Positions 31,719-42,025 of a DNA stretch of 64,000 nt are shown here, in pieces. Within the stretch, counting starts at the first letter, position 1. Each line of letters starts with the position of its first letter. The position numbers and the translations under genes are program-made. Source of the DNA: Desulfomonilia bacterium (lineage in GTDB: Bacteria; Desulfobacterota; Desulfomonilia; UBA1062); NCBI GenBank assembly GCA_963664325.2, contig CAXXDQ010000005.1, forward strand, positions 1-64,000, given 5' to 3'. The notes under the pieces are model-generated. The model made no database searches. It was given only the letters and a program-made list of their open reading frames with translations, and was not told the DNA's origin.

Positions 31719-33905
31719 TCAATCCTGTTTCTTGCGCTTGAGCTCCTCGCCGGGGCGGTATTCCGATTCCAGATGGCTGCGGATCTCTGACTCCCCGCGC
31801 CACACGGGTTTGAGCTCGCATCTGACGAAGAGCGGCGACTGGTCCGCATAGTGCGGCGAAGACCGGTCCAGCGTGGCGCTCCCGTACTGGTGGATGCTGC
31901 GCGAGTGCACGATGCCGTCCTTGTCCCAGGTCACCAGGAGCACATAGGAGTCTCCGAGGTTACCCTTGATGCGTCCGTCCTTCTGCAGATCGCCATCAAC
32001 GTCATGAAGAACGTCGGGACCGCCGCCGAGCCCGAGATCGACATGTCCCCGGATAAGCCGGTTGACCTGATCCCATCTGACATCAACACTGCCGAAATTC
32101 TTTGATAATGTCATAGCCGCTTTTTCGAAGCCCGCGAGCATCCGTTCATTCGAGATGTCCTTCACTTCCGGCTTCTCGGCAGTCTCAATGATGTTCATAT
32201 AACTCAGCACGGCCAGGGCTGCACCGCGGTTTTCCGGGTTTGTCTGCAGATTCCATGCGCCTAGAATCTTCCGTGCGTCCTTGAGCGTCTTGTCGCCGGG
32301 TTCGGGCAGGGCCATGATACGGCTGACCATTTTGGCCATCTTGGACCCGGGCGCATAGGCCATGTCGTATTTGTATGTGTAGAAGGCCTCTTCGGTGATC
32401 GAAGGATCTGCGCCCAGGAGTGCAAGCGCCCTCATGGAGCGGTTGGTCATGCGATCCTCGATCCCGAACTCCGGCGCGTAATCTTCCCTGCGCGGGTTCT
32501 CCGGATCAAGGGTCGTGTGGAAAGGCGTGTTGTTGCAGTTTATGACGAAACCGGATGCAGGATTCTTTACGCGGGGTAGCTTGTCATAGGGCAGGTATCC
32601 GGTCCAGAGAGTCTGAGATGTGTTGCCCGGTACTGCCTTTTTCCAGTCGAAACCCTTGGCCCTCAGCGGCAGGAGCGCCTGGTAGTGATAGAGGATATTC
32701 CCCTCCTTGTCAGCATAGGTGCAGTTGAACATCGGGAGTGTAGACATCCGTACGGCCTGTTCCCACTGTTCCATCGTGTGGGCCTTGTTCATTCGGTACC
32801 ACTGCTCCACCTGGCGGATATCGCCCATGCCCGCCCAGCGGATGGCAAAGACTCCTTGAGGCCTGCGTATCACCGGGCCGTAGACGGACCAGCCGACCTC
32901 CATGTTGACGGTCCAGTGGAGCGGTCCCAGCAGCTTGACTCTGATGGGTACCTTGCGGATTTCGAGGTCGCGCCACTGCCCGTCGTAGCGGTACTGGTTT
33001 GGATTATCTGGGTTCATTTCAAGGAAATATGTATCCACCAGGTCGGGGTAGTTGTTCGTATGCGCCCAGCCCAGGTATTCATTGTGGCCGTGAAACACCA
33101 CAGGCGAACCGGGGAAAGTCCCGCCGGTCATGTTCCAGCCATCCTCGCTGTGCACCTGCACCTCATACCATGTTACCGGCCCTTCCCAGGGCTGATGCGA
33201 ATTGATGGCCAGGAGCGTCTTGCCGTCTGAGGCGCGCCTGGGGGAAACAGCCATGGCGTTCGAGCCCGCCCTGAAGCCCAGCAGAGAGAAGTCCTCATTG
33301 CCAAACGATGACGCGAGCATGCTGTCCGCTGCGGAGGCCGTTTCAGTTTGATTTACTCCGAACAGACCCTCCAGCACCTTGTCTACCCCGACCATGAGCG
33401 GCATCTTGTGAACGAAGCCGGCCACTATATGCCTGCCGTTGATAGGGAAAAGTCCGGGGAAGGCCTCATCGGGATGCAGGGCCGCATAGTAATTGACACC
33501 GTCGGCATAGGCCTCGCAAAGAGCGCGTGTATCGGGACTCAGGTCGGTCTCGTACCTCGCATTGATGGTGTCCCACAGGCGCATAAGCTGTACCAGGTAA
33601 TCGTTTCCGGCCCATTTGCGTCCGGCCACGGTTGCCAGATTGCCGTTAACCGCCATCAGCACAAGCTGACTGGTCTTGAAGTCATCCTGGGCATGGGCAT
33701 AGGCGAGGCCGAAAGCCACATCGGTGTCCTTCTTGCCGAAGATATGAGGCACTCCCCAGGAATCGCGCAGGATATGCACGTCGTATTTCGCCGCCAACAA
33801 AGACGGATCCGGTTGGGCTGCGCTTCCGGGGAAGGCTGTAATAAGAATTAGGGCGAGAATCGTAAAGATAAAAAAATATTTGCATGGACCGGTTTTTAAA
33901 TACAT
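31719..33905 (-). CDS. Penicillin acylase family Ntn-hydrolase (secreted acylase)
   Basis: ILRDSWGVPHIFG, GSNAMAV nucleophile site, NSHQPW, NCNNTP, HYADQ. Confidence 0.88.
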   Translation of the reverse strand: MYLKTGPCKYFFIFTILALILITAFPGSAAQPDPSLLAAKYDVHILRDSWGVPHIFGKKDTDVAFGLAYAHAQDDFKTSQLVLMAVNGNLATVAGRKWAGNDYLVQLMRLWDTINARYETDLSPDTRALCEAYADGVNYYAALHPDEAFPGLFPINGRHIVAGFVHKMPLMVGVDKVLEGLFGVNQTETASAADSMLASSFGNEDFSLLGFRAGSNAMAVSPRRASDGKTLLAINSHQPWEGPVTWYEVQVHSEDGWNMTGGTFPGSPVVFHGHNEYLGWAHTNNYPDLVDTYFLEMNPDNPNQYRYDGQWRDLEIRKVPIRVKLLGPLHWTVNMEVGWSVYGPVIRRPQGVFAIRWAGMGDIRQVEQWYRMNKAHTMEQWEQAVRMSTLPMFNCTYADKEGNILYHYQALLPLRAKGFDWKKAVPGNTSQTLWTGYLPYDKLPRVKNPASGFVINCNNTPFHTTLDPENPRREDYAPEFGIEDRMTNRSMRALALLGADPSITEEAFYTYKYDMAYAPGSKMAKMVSRIMALPEPGDKTLKDARKILGAWNLQTNPENRGAALAVLSYMNIIETAEKPEVKDISNERMLAGFEKAAMTLSKNFGSVDVRWDQVNRLIRGHVDLGLGGGPDVLHDVDGDLQKDGRIKGNLGDSYVLLVTWDKDGIVHSRSIHQYGSATLDRSSPHYADQSPLFVRCELKPVWRGESEIRSHLESEYRPGEELKRKKQD

Positions 33906-34127
33906 ATTCCCTCCACGAAATATATGGCAATACTGTAAATCTACATCATAATATCAAGCCGTTCAAATTAAATTTAGTTCCCGGGAATCAATCAGCCAGC
34001 CGCCAGTTTACTGCCGCTCGATAAATCTCCATGGGACTTCTATACATGATAACTAAGCATACCGGGCCTTTTCCCGGGTTTGGATTTGCATATTGTTGAT
34101 ATTTGTCACGGCCTGCATTAATTGAGC

Positions 34128-34178
34128 TTGACATATGCAATCCATAAGGATTATTAATGGCAACTGGTAATACCAGAT
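34128..34178 (+). promoter_or_regulatory. Sigma70-type promoter with a FadR/GntR-type operator
   Basis: TTGACA at 34128, an AT-rich -10 region 17-18 bp later, then the palindrome CTGGTA-A-TACCAG (34164-34176), upstream of an operon encoding a FadR-family regulator. Confidence 0.6.
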
Positions 34179-34211
34179 GCCATCATATCATAAATTATAA
34201 AGGAGAAGATT

Positions 34212-35714
34212 ATGTCGGATTTTAATGTCATTGTTATCGGAGCAGGCTGCGGAGGGCTTTCGGCTGCGGCGCAGCTTGCAAAAAACGGGCGAAAGGTGCT
34301 TGTCCTCGAGCAGGCTGAAAGGATCGGGGGCTGCTGTTCAACCTACGAGCAGAACGGCTTCAAGTTCGACATAGGCGCATCCATAGTCGAAGCGCCGGAC
34401 CTGCTTAACCGCGTTTTCGCCAAGCTTGGGACCACCCTGGAAAAAGAGGTCGACCTTATCGATTGCGATCCCATCTATACCGTGATCCTGCGAGACGGCA
34501 GCCGCATCACCATCCCGAAGTCGATTGCCGGAACGGAAGAGGCGATCAAGGCTGTCGAGCCTGCGGATGTCGAGGGGTGGAGGAAATATTCGAAGCTGAT
34601 GGACGATTTCAGCGGCACGCTGAACGACTTCTTTACGGAACCGGCGATGTCGCTCTCTGACATGGCCAAGATCGTGAAGGGTTCGCCCGCAATGCTCAAA
34701 TACGGCTCTCTTTTCGCTTCCAGCTATCAGGACGTCTTCAACAAATACTTCAAAAATGAAAATATAAAGGAATCCCTCGCATACCAGACATTTTTCATCG
34801 GGCTGCCGCCTGAACTTGCGCCCGGCATATTCGCTGTCATCCCCTATCAGGAGCATTTCGGCCTCTATTATGTCAGGGGCGGAATGATCGGCATCCCGGA
34901 GGCATTGAGACGGTGCGGGGAAAAGTCCGGCATGGAATTGAGGCTTAAAACAAAGGTTAAAAAAATTATCATCAGAAATAAACGCGCCGTCGGAGTGAAA
35001 CTGGAAGACGGCACCGAGATATCCGCAGATGTTGTGGTATCCGATATAAACGCGAAGACGCTCTATCTGGACATGATCGGCGAAGAGCATCTTCCCTGGC
35101 TGGCCCGCATAGGGGTCAAGAGCTATGAGACCACCATTGCCGTGCCGATGCTCTATGTGGGCGTTGACTACAAGCCGCCGCTCAATTCCCACCACACCCT
35201 TGTGACGGTGCCCATGGAGGAGATGAACGATTTCTGGTGGAGCGATTACCGCACCGGCGGGTTCACGAAGCGCCAGTTCGCCATCATAAGCTGGACCTCC
35301 CAGTCCGACCCGAAGCTGGCGCCCAAGGGCAAGCATGTACTGATCTTTACTCTGCCGCCGTCGCTCAGGACCTGCGGCCAGAAGACATGGGACGAGGCAA
35401 AGCCCGAGATGATCGAAAAATACATCGACTACTATTCAAAGAATTACGTGCCCGGCCTGAAAGAGCACGTCCAGGTGGCCGAACTCGCCACTCCGATTGA
35501 TTTCGAGCGCAGGCTCGGAACCCCGGATGGAGGCATCTACGGGCTCAAGCAGGACATGGCGCATGAGACCATTTTCCGCCCGGCCGCCAAATCCAAGTCG
35601 CTCGAAGGGCTTTACCTGGTCGGCGCATCCACCCACCCGGGCGGCGGCGTTCCCACGACGATGGTGTCCGGAATAGTGGCTACAAACCTGATTGAAAAAT
35701 ATGAGAAAAAATAG
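34212..35714 (+). CDS. Phytoene desaturase (CrtI)-family FAD oxidoreductase 1
   Basis: VIGAGCGG, FKFDIGAS, YYVRGGM, TPIDFE, GASTHPGGGVP. Confidence 0.85.
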   Translation: MSDFNVIVIGAGCGGLSAAAQLAKNGRKVLVLEQAERIGGCCSTYEQNGFKFDIGASIVEAPDLLNRVFAKLGTTLEKEVDLIDCDPIYTVILRDGSRITIPKSIAGTEEAIKAVEPADVEGWRKYSKLMDDFSGTLNDFFTEPAMSLSDMAKIVKGSPAMLKYGSLFASSYQDVFNKYFKNENIKESLAYQTFFIGLPPELAPGIFAVIPYQEHFGLYYVRGGMIGIPEALRRCGEKSGMELRLKTKVKKIIIRNKRAVGVKLEDGTEISADVVVSDINAKTLYLDMIGEEHLPWLARIGVKSYETTIAVPMLYVGVDYKPPLNSHHTLVTVPMEEMNDFWWSDYRTGGFTKRQFAIISWTSQSDPKLAPKGKHVLIFTLPPSLRTCGQKTWDEAKPEMIEKYIDYYSKNYVPGLKEHVQVAELATPIDFERRLGTPDGGIYGLKQDMAHETIFRPAAKSKSLEGLYLVGASTHPGGGVPTTMVSGIVATNLIEKYEKK

Positions 35715-35783
35715 TGATGAATGGCCAATGGTGAGTGAAAAGCTGAAAAAAATGAAACTCTATTATAAAAAGGAGATAGAATA

Positions 35784-35918
35784 ATGAAAAAGATAATATG
35801 TTTGGGAGTCATAGGTGCATGCGCATACTGCTATACAAAGCTCACGGATTCAAAGAAGCGCTTCATCAAGGAATTCGCCAGGCAGATACCATACCTTGTA
35901 CCGCGCTATTTCGTATAA
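35784..35918 (+). CDS. 44-aa microprotein (MKKIICLGVIGACAYCYTKLTDSKKRFIKEFARQIPYLVPRYFV)
   Basis: AAGGAG RBS; fills the gap between the two CrtI-like genes; stop lies 12 nt before the next ATG; below the ORF-track length cutoff. Confidence 0.65.
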   Translation: MKKIICLGVIGACAYCYTKLTDSKKRFIKEFARQIPYLVPRYFV

Positions 35919-35930
35919 GGGCGGCTCATC

Positions 35931-37430
35931 ATGGCTGACTATGATGTAATCGTAATAGGCGCCGGCAACGGAGGGGTCTCCTCGGGCGCACTGCTCGCCA
36001 AACAGGGCCGCAAGGTCCTGCTCCTCGAACAGAGCTCCGCCGTCGGCGGGTGCTGTTCGACATTCGAGAAGGACGGCTACAAGTTCGATGTCGGGGCCTC
36101 GATTGTGGAGGTGATAAAGCCTATTGAAATGGCGTTTGCCAAGCTCGGCACCACATTTGCCAAAGAGGTCGACCTCATAGAATGCGACCCGGTCATGACC
36201 ATCATCGACCGTGACGGCAGCCGCATCACGTACCCGAAATCAATCGATGCCACGGCACAGGCCATTTCGGCCATATCGCCCTCGGACGGCAAACGCTGGT
36301 ACGAGTTCGTAAAGGTAATGAGCGAATTTACCGATGTGGCGCTGAATGCATTCTTCCCGGAGCCTGCCGACTCCCTGGCCGATGTCGCGAAGATGTTTGC
36401 GAAAAACCCGAAATTCCTGAAGTTCCTGCCGCTCTTTGTAAAAAGCTACCAGGATGTCATGGAGAAATACTTCAAGGATGAGCGGATCCTCAAGACCATG
36501 GGCTACCAGTCGCTCTATTTCGGGCACCCGCCCGCAATAATTCCGGGCATGTTCGCGCTCATCCCCTATACCGAGCATATGGGGGTCTATTACCCCAGGG
36601 GCGGCATGATACAGATACCCGAAGCCTTCAGGCGCTGCGGCGAGAAGCTCGGCATGCAGGTGAGGTTCAACACCCTTGTAAAGAAGGTCATGGTAAGAGA
36701 CGGCAGGGTCCAGGGAGTCATCCTTGCAGACGGCACCGAGATAACCTCGAAAATTGTGGTGTCGAACATCAACGCCAGAACGCTCTATCTCGACCTGATC
36801 GGAGAAGAAAACCTGCCATGCATGGTGAGAACGGGAATTAAGAGCTACAAGTATTCCAAGGGCGTACCCATGATTTATGTGGGGCTCGACTATACGCCGC
36901 CGCTTGATTCACATCACAGCCTGATTGCCGTAACACCTCAGGGCGTCAACGACTACTGGTTCAATAATGTGGAAAAGGGGATACTGCCCGAGAACAACTT
37001 CGGCCTCATCTGCTGGCCGACGCATGCGGACAAATCTCTTGCACCGGCGGGCCATCATGTGCTCAACCTCATTCCGGAAGGGTTTTACCGCCTTGAGGGT
37101 ACGAACTGGGACGAGGAAAAGCCGCGCTTCATCGAGCGCACACTAAAGGCCCTGGACAAATTTGCGATACCCGGGCTGATGGATCACATCAAGGTGCTGG
37201 AATGCACGTCGCCGCTCGATTTCGAGCGCAGGCTCCTTCTGCCCGAGGGTTCGATCTATGCCCTTCAGCAGGACCTGGCGGCGGCCGCGGTTTTCAGGCC
37301 CAATGCCCGCTCAAGGGCGGTAAAGGGGCTTTATCTGACAGGCTCGTCAACTCACCCCGGCGGCGGCGTTCCCACTACAATCGCTTCGGGCTATATTGCA
37401 TCTAATATGATAGAGAAATACGAACAGTAA
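35931..37430 (+). CDS. Phytoene desaturase (CrtI)-family FAD oxidoreductase 2
   Basis: VIGAGNGG, YKFDVGAS, YYPRGGM, GSSTHPGGGVP; colinear paralog of 34212..35714. Confidence 0.85.
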   Translation: MADYDVIVIGAGNGGVSSGALLAKQGRKVLLLEQSSAVGGCCSTFEKDGYKFDVGASIVEVIKPIEMAFAKLGTTFAKEVDLIECDPVMTIIDRDGSRITYPKSIDATAQAISAISPSDGKRWYEFVKVMSEFTDVALNAFFPEPADSLADVAKMFAKNPKFLKFLPLFVKSYQDVMEKYFKDERILKTMGYQSLYFGHPPAIIPGMFALIPYTEHMGVYYPRGGMIQIPEAFRRCGEKLGMQVRFNTLVKKVMVRDGRVQGVILADGTEITSKIVVSNINARTLYLDLIGEENLPCMVRTGIKSYKYSKGVPMIYVGLDYTPPLDSHHSLIAVTPQGVNDYWFNNVEKGILPENNFGLICWPTHADKSLAPAGHHVLNLIPEGFYRLEGTNWDEEKPRFIERTLKALDKFAIPGLMDHIKVLECTSPLDFERRLLLPEGSIYALQQDLAAAAVFRPNARSRAVKGLYLTGSSTHPGGGVPTTIASGYIASNMIEKYEQ

Positions 37431-37438
37431 GGAAAACA

Positions 37439-38161
37439 ATGAAAGAATTACTCAGACCATTAAAGACCGAAAGCCTCAAGGAGGTTTTCATTTCACGCTT
37501 CGAAGGGCTGATCCTGTCCGGGAGATTCTCTATCGGACAAAAGCTGCCTTCAGAGCGCGAGCTTGCCCTTCAGCTCGGAGTCAGCCGCCCTGTCGTGCAC
37601 GAGGGTCTTGTCGATCTGGCAACAAAAGGCCTTGTCTCCATGAAACCCAGGGTTGGCGCAGTGGTAAGCGATTACAGGAGAGAGGGTTCGATAACCATAT
37701 TGAACTCTCTTCTCAACTACCATCAGGGCAGACTCAGTCCCGAACTGCTCCAGGGCATGATGGACATGCGCAAGCTCATGGAAATGGAGACTGCGCGTCT
37801 TGCAGCCATCAACAGAAAGGAAGATCATCTTGCCGAATTGAGGGAGCTTGTCAAGGAAGAGGCGCTATTAAATCCAAATGAGATAGACAGGCTGATAGAA
37901 ATGGATTTCAGGTTTCACCATTTGATAGCAATGGCTTCGGGAAATGTGATATATTCTCTTTTCCTAAACTCGCTTAAAGAGGTCTATACGAACCTCTCAA
38001 GTGAATTTTTTGCAGACACAGGCATGGCTCCCGTTGTTTCCGTTTTCCACTCCCGGATGCTGGAAGCGGTGGCAAAAAAAGACGCAAAGAAGTCTATGGC
38101 GATCATGAAACAGATTCTCGATCACGGAGAGGAGCGGCTGAAGGCCGCCCTCAAGATATAA
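37439..38161 (+). CDS. FadR/GntR family transcriptional regulator
   Basis: KLPSERELALQLGVSRPVV wHTH; FCD domain DFRFHHLIA.ASGN. Confidence 0.92.
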   Translation: MKELLRPLKTESLKEVFISRFEGLILSGRFSIGQKLPSERELALQLGVSRPVVHEGLVDLATKGLVSMKPRVGAVVSDYRREGSITILNSLLNYHQGRLSPELLQGMMDMRKLMEMETARLAAINRKEDHLAELRELVKEEALLNPNEIDRLIEMDFRFHHLIAMASGNVIYSLFLNSLKEVYTNLSSEFFADTGMAPVVSVFHSRMLEAVAKKDAKKSMAIMKQILDHGEERLKAALKI

Positions 38162-38171
38162 GGAGGCATAT

Positions 38172-40682
38172 ATGGCAGCCGCATCTCTTCAGACAAAATA
38201 CCGTATCAAGGAACCGAAAGGCCTTTCCCCGCGCATCACATGGCTGAGGGATTATTTCTTCAAGGGTGTGAGCAGGGCATGGAACAACGAATATACTGCA
38301 TGGACCATGGGAGAACCCTGGGACGTTCAGTATAACGAGCTGACCTATTACATCGTGCCCGAGACTTACCCGTTCCTGCAGACGTTCCGCGCTTCGCTCA
38401 GTCAGGTCGCAAGAAAGGTCAGGCTGCCTAACGACTTCTGGAAGATGAGCCTGCCCGAACGCAGGGCCTGGTTCAACAGGGAGGTCGTGGTGAACTACCT
38501 GCCCCAGGAGATACTTCCAGGCGACCTTCTTGCCGGTTCCCGGTTCAACATCCACACGTCCATGTGCCTGACCGAGAAGGAGACAAAGGCCCGGGACAAG
38601 AAGATATTCGGCAAGACAGGCGCCCGCGCACGCATGAAGTGGTTCCATGATCACGGCTACGGCAATGCCGGCGCCACCTCCGGACACCTCATCCCCGGCT
38701 ACGAGCGCCTGCTCAAGATCGGCTGGAAAGGCGTTCACGCGGATATAAAGACAAAGTACGACGAGCTTTCGGCAACCGATAAAAAAGGCAAAAAAGGCGC
38801 CCAGCTCAGGGCCATGATTACCGCCTCCACTATGGCGCGCGACCTGGCCGCCAAGTACTCGGCGCTGTGCACCAGGCTTGCCGATGCCGAAAAGGATTTC
38901 ACCCGCAAAAAAGAGCTCAACACCATGGCGCACAACCTCAAGGTCGTGCCGTGGGAGCCGCCGCAGGACTTCTGGCAGGCCCTTCAGGCGCTGTGGCTCA
39001 ACCACATGCTGGTCATGAGCGATGAGAACTACCCCGGGCCCGGCGTTTCCTTCGGCAACTTTGACCGGATACTCGCTCCCTTCTGGGAAAAATCCATAGC
39101 CCAGGGCATGGACCGCGAATTCGGCAAGGAGATCATGAAGTGCATGTGGGTGCATGCCAACACAGCCTACGACGGCATGATACGCACCGGCGGCAACCAG
39201 GGCATAACGGCGGGCTTCGGCCAGCTGCTCACACTCTCAGGCCTCGGCCCTAACGGAAAAGACATGACCAGCGACATCACCTGGGCCGTGCTGGAAGTCA
39301 TAGACGAAATGACGCCCATACTCGAACCAAAACCCAATGTCAGGCTCCACAGGAATACGTCCGAAGAGCTGCTAGACAGGGTCGTCGACATGATCGAGAC
39401 CAGCCAGGGCGCACCGTTCCTGCTCAATTTCGACGAGCGCTCCATGGCCGGCATGATGCTCGAGGGCAAAAAGGCCGGGCTCACGCATCTCATCAATGAA
39501 ACAAACGTCAATGAATACGCGCCGGTCGGCTGCCTTGAAAACACAATGGTCGGCAACGACCGCTCGGGCACGGTCGACAACAACCTCAACCTTTTAAAGG
39601 CGGTCGAACTCGCGCTTACAGGCGGCAAAGACCTGCTCAAGTTCACGGACCCCATAACCATGATAGCCCAGCCTATCACCCAGGACGGGCCCGAGACGCC
39701 TGACCCGCGCACATTCAAGACCTTTGACGAATTCTGGAACTCCTTTGCCGTCCAGATGAAGTACATCGTTGCAAAATGCGTCGAAACATATGAACTCTCC
39801 GAGGAACTTCGAGCGCAGTATAACCCCACACCCTACCTTTCATGCCTGGTCAAGGGCTGCGCCGAAAAAGGCCTCGACATCACGCAGGGCGGCGCAGAGA
39901 TAAACTTCACCACTATCGAGGCCGTCACCTACGCAACGACAGTCGATTCACTCCTGGCCGTCAAATACCTCGTATTCGACAAAAAGGAATGCACCATGGA
40001 CGAACTCGTTAAAGCGCTTAAGGACAACTGGGCCGGCCACGAGGTGCTCCAGGCCAAGGCGAAATTCAAGGCCCCGAAATACGGCCGCGAGGACGACGAG
40101 GCGGACATGATGGCCAAAAAGGTCATGGACCTCTGGTGCGGCGAGACCTGGAAATATAAGACCGCATCGACCAACCGCCAGTTCCGCCCCGGCATGCTGA
40201 GCTGGAATTACTGGGTCGGCGACGGCTATGTCATGGCGGCCAGCGCTGACGGAAGGCCCAAGGGACAGTTCCTCTCCAACGCCATCTGCCCGTCTAACGG
40301 CGCGGACACAAAAGGTCCCACATCAAACACAAACTCCGTCGGCAAGGCGCTCGGCGGCAAAAGCGAAAACGGCGACTGGGAAGACTACCTCAACGCGCTT
40401 CCCAACGGCGCCAGCCATACCATCACCTTCAACCCATCGGTCCTGAAAGACCCCGAACACAAGGCCAAGTTCAAGGCATTCCTGAGGGCCTACGCGGAAA
40501 ACGGCGGGACCGCGCTCCAGATAAACATGCTCGACCCGGATATGCTCAAGGACGCCCAGAAACACCCGCAGGACTACCGCCACCTGCTCGTGCGGGTAAC
40601 AGGCTACAACGCCTACTTCACAAGCATAGGCCGCGAACTCCAGAACGAGGTCATCGAACGCCTGAGCCACTGCAAGTTTTAG
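38172..40682 (+). CDS. Glycyl radical enzyme (PFL superfamily, single-Cys eliminase-type), substrate unknown
   Basis: 836 aa; Gly loop LLVRVTGYN; Cys loop VGCLE; APKYG and ADGR motifs; no PFL Cys-Cys pair. Confidence 0.9.
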   Translation: MAAASLQTKYRIKEPKGLSPRITWLRDYFFKGVSRAWNNEYTAWTMGEPWDVQYNELTYYIVPETYPFLQTFRASLSQVARKVRLPNDFWKMSLPERRAWFNREVVVNYLPQEILPGDLLAGSRFNIHTSMCLTEKETKARDKKIFGKTGARARMKWFHDHGYGNAGATSGHLIPGYERLLKIGWKGVHADIKTKYDELSATDKKGKKGAQLRAMITASTMARDLAAKYSALCTRLADAEKDFTRKKELNTMAHNLKVVPWEPPQDFWQALQALWLNHMLVMSDENYPGPGVSFGNFDRILAPFWEKSIAQGMDREFGKEIMKCMWVHANTAYDGMIRTGGNQGITAGFGQLLTLSGLGPNGKDMTSDITWAVLEVIDEMTPILEPKPNVRLHRNTSEELLDRVVDMIETSQGAPFLLNFDERSMAGMMLEGKKAGLTHLINETNVNEYAPVGCLENTMVGNDRSGTVDNNLNLLKAVELALTGGKDLLKFTDPITMIAQPITQDGPETPDPRTFKTFDEFWNSFAVQMKYIVAKCVETYELSEELRAQYNPTPYLSCLVKGCAEKGLDITQGGAEINFTTIEAVTYATTVDSLLAVKYLVFDKKECTMDELVKALKDNWAGHEVLQAKAKFKAPKYGREDDEADMMAKKVMDLWCGETWKYKTASTNRQFRPGMLSWNYWVGDGYVMAASADGRPKGQFLSNAICPSNGADTKGPTSNTNSVGKALGGKSENGDWEDYLNALPNGASHTITFNPSVLKDPEHKAKFKAFLRAYAENGGTALQINMLDPDMLKDAQKHPQDYRHLLVRVTGYNAYFTSIGRELQNEVIERLSHCKF

Positions 40683-40707
40683 GAAGAGGCAATGCTGACA
40701 AAAACTC

Positions 40708-40833
40708 CACCTCCCCCAACCCCCTCCTGTCGAGGAGGGGGCTATGCGTTAACAAGAATTCGCACGCTGTGCGAATTCTTGTTAGCCGGTTGCCCTCTTG
40801 CCCTTGAGGGCAAGAGGGGTGGGAGATGGGGTG
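40708..40833. repeat. Triple-hairpin REP-like element between the GRE and its activase
   Basis: Stems CCCCCTCCT/AGGAGGGGG, TAACAAGAATTCGCAC/GTGCGAATTCTTGTTA (16 bp) and CCCTCTTGCCCT/AGGGCAAGAGGG. Confidence 0.7.
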
Positions 40834-40846
40834 CGAGGACTGTATC

Positions 40847-41809
40847 ATGAGTAAGGGAACAGTACTGGAGATTCAGAGGATGTCTACCGAGGACGGGCCC
40901 GGCATCAGGACCACGGTCTTTTTGAAGGGCTGTCCGCTCAAGTGCATATGGTGCCACAACCCCGAGAGCATACTGATGAAGCCGCAGGTTCACTGGATAG
41001 GTTCGCGCTGTATCGGCTGCAATATCTGTATTGATACGTGTCCTGACAAGGCGCTTTCAAGGGGCAAAAAGGGGATAGTGATTGACAGGAATATCTGCAA
41101 AGGCTGCGGGAAATGCGCGGCGGAATGCCCGTCGACGGCCATGGAGCTTCTGGGCCATGAGTGGGATGCGGACAAGCTGGTTGACGAGCTCATAAAGGAC
41201 AGGGCCTTTTTTGAGACATCCGGCGGAGGGGTTACGGTTTCCGGCGGAGAGCCCACCATGCAGGCCGAATTCACGGCAGAGGTGCTTAAGCTGCTCAAGG
41301 GCAAGGGCATTCACACGGCGCTCGATACCTGCGGATTGTGCAGGAGGGAATACCTGGAAGGGCTTTTGCCCCTGGCGGACATGGTCCTTTTTGATCTGAA
41401 GGTCATGGATTCCAAGCTTCACAGGGAATTTACCGGGGCCTCCAATGAGAAGATTCATGAGAACCTGCTCTTCATAAGGGACTGGATGAAGGAAAAGGGC
41501 TCGCCGAAAGAGCTGTGGATAAGGACGCCCATCATTCCGGGTGCGACGGACAACGGGAAGCTGGTTAAGGAGATCGGGAAATATATTGCAGCGAACATAA
41601 ATGATGTTGTCAATCGCTGGGATTTGTGCGCCTTCAACAACCTGTGCAGGGATAAATATACAAGGCTGGGCCTTGACTGGACATACCACGATTCGAAGCC
41701 TCTTAAAAAAGAAACGATGGAGAAGCTTGCGGAGGCTGCAAGGCATTCGGGCGTGAACCCGGAGATAGTCCAGTGGAGCGGCGCGACGCGGCTCGAAGAA
41801 AATGACTAA
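40847..41809 (+). CDS. Glycyl radical enzyme activating protein (radical SAM with ferredoxin insert)
   Basis: DGPGIRTTVFLKGCPLKCIWCHNPE; two CxxCxxCxxxCP motifs; GGVTVSGGEP. Confidence 0.93.
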   Translation: MSKGTVLEIQRMSTEDGPGIRTTVFLKGCPLKCIWCHNPESILMKPQVHWIGSRCIGCNICIDTCPDKALSRGKKGIVIDRNICKGCGKCAAECPSTAMELLGHEWDADKLVDELIKDRAFFETSGGGVTVSGGEPTMQAEFTAEVLKLLKGKGIHTALDTCGLCRREYLEGLLPLADMVLFDLKVMDSKLHREFTGASNEKIHENLLFIRDWMKEKGSPKELWIRTPIIPGATDNGKLVKEIGKYIAANINDVVNRWDLCAFNNLCRDKYTRLGLDWTYHDSKPLKKETMEKLAEAARHSGVNPEIVQWSGATRLEEND

Positions 41810-41838
41810 AATTAAAAAAATATATCAAGTTTTAAACT

Positions 41839-42009
41839 CAGGGCGTCAGAACGATGCAGACCTAGGAGCGACGAAGCGGAAATGCGAGGCATACTTTTGA
41901 CGTATGTCTCTTCGCCTTCGGCTTGAGGTGCGAAACAGGAAGCTCACGATCCCATTTTCGCAGCGTTTTCGCAAGGAGTGACAACGGTATGCGAAGTTAT
42001 CACGCCCTG
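41839..42009. repeat. MITE/REP-like palindromic element, copy B
   Basis: TIR CAGGGCGT...ACGCCCTG; its 3' part is a near-identical reverse complement of 43085-43174. Confidence 0.75.
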
Positions 42010-42025
42010 TAAGATGGAGGAGAGT

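Noticed and set aside
34212-37430. Carotenoid biosynthesis cluster
   Set aside because: No phytoene synthase, GGPP synthase or cyclase in the window; the context is a catabolic-type regulator and a GRE.
34338-39829. Long antisense ORFs (34338..35336, 38151..39155, 39167..39829)
   Set aside because: Shadow frames of GC3-rich genes with no recognisable motifs.
38172-40682. Pyruvate formate-lyase (pflB) or choline TMA-lyase (cutC)
   Set aside because: It lacks the PFL Cys-Cys pair, and neither the Cys-loop sequence nor the neighbourhood supports CutC.
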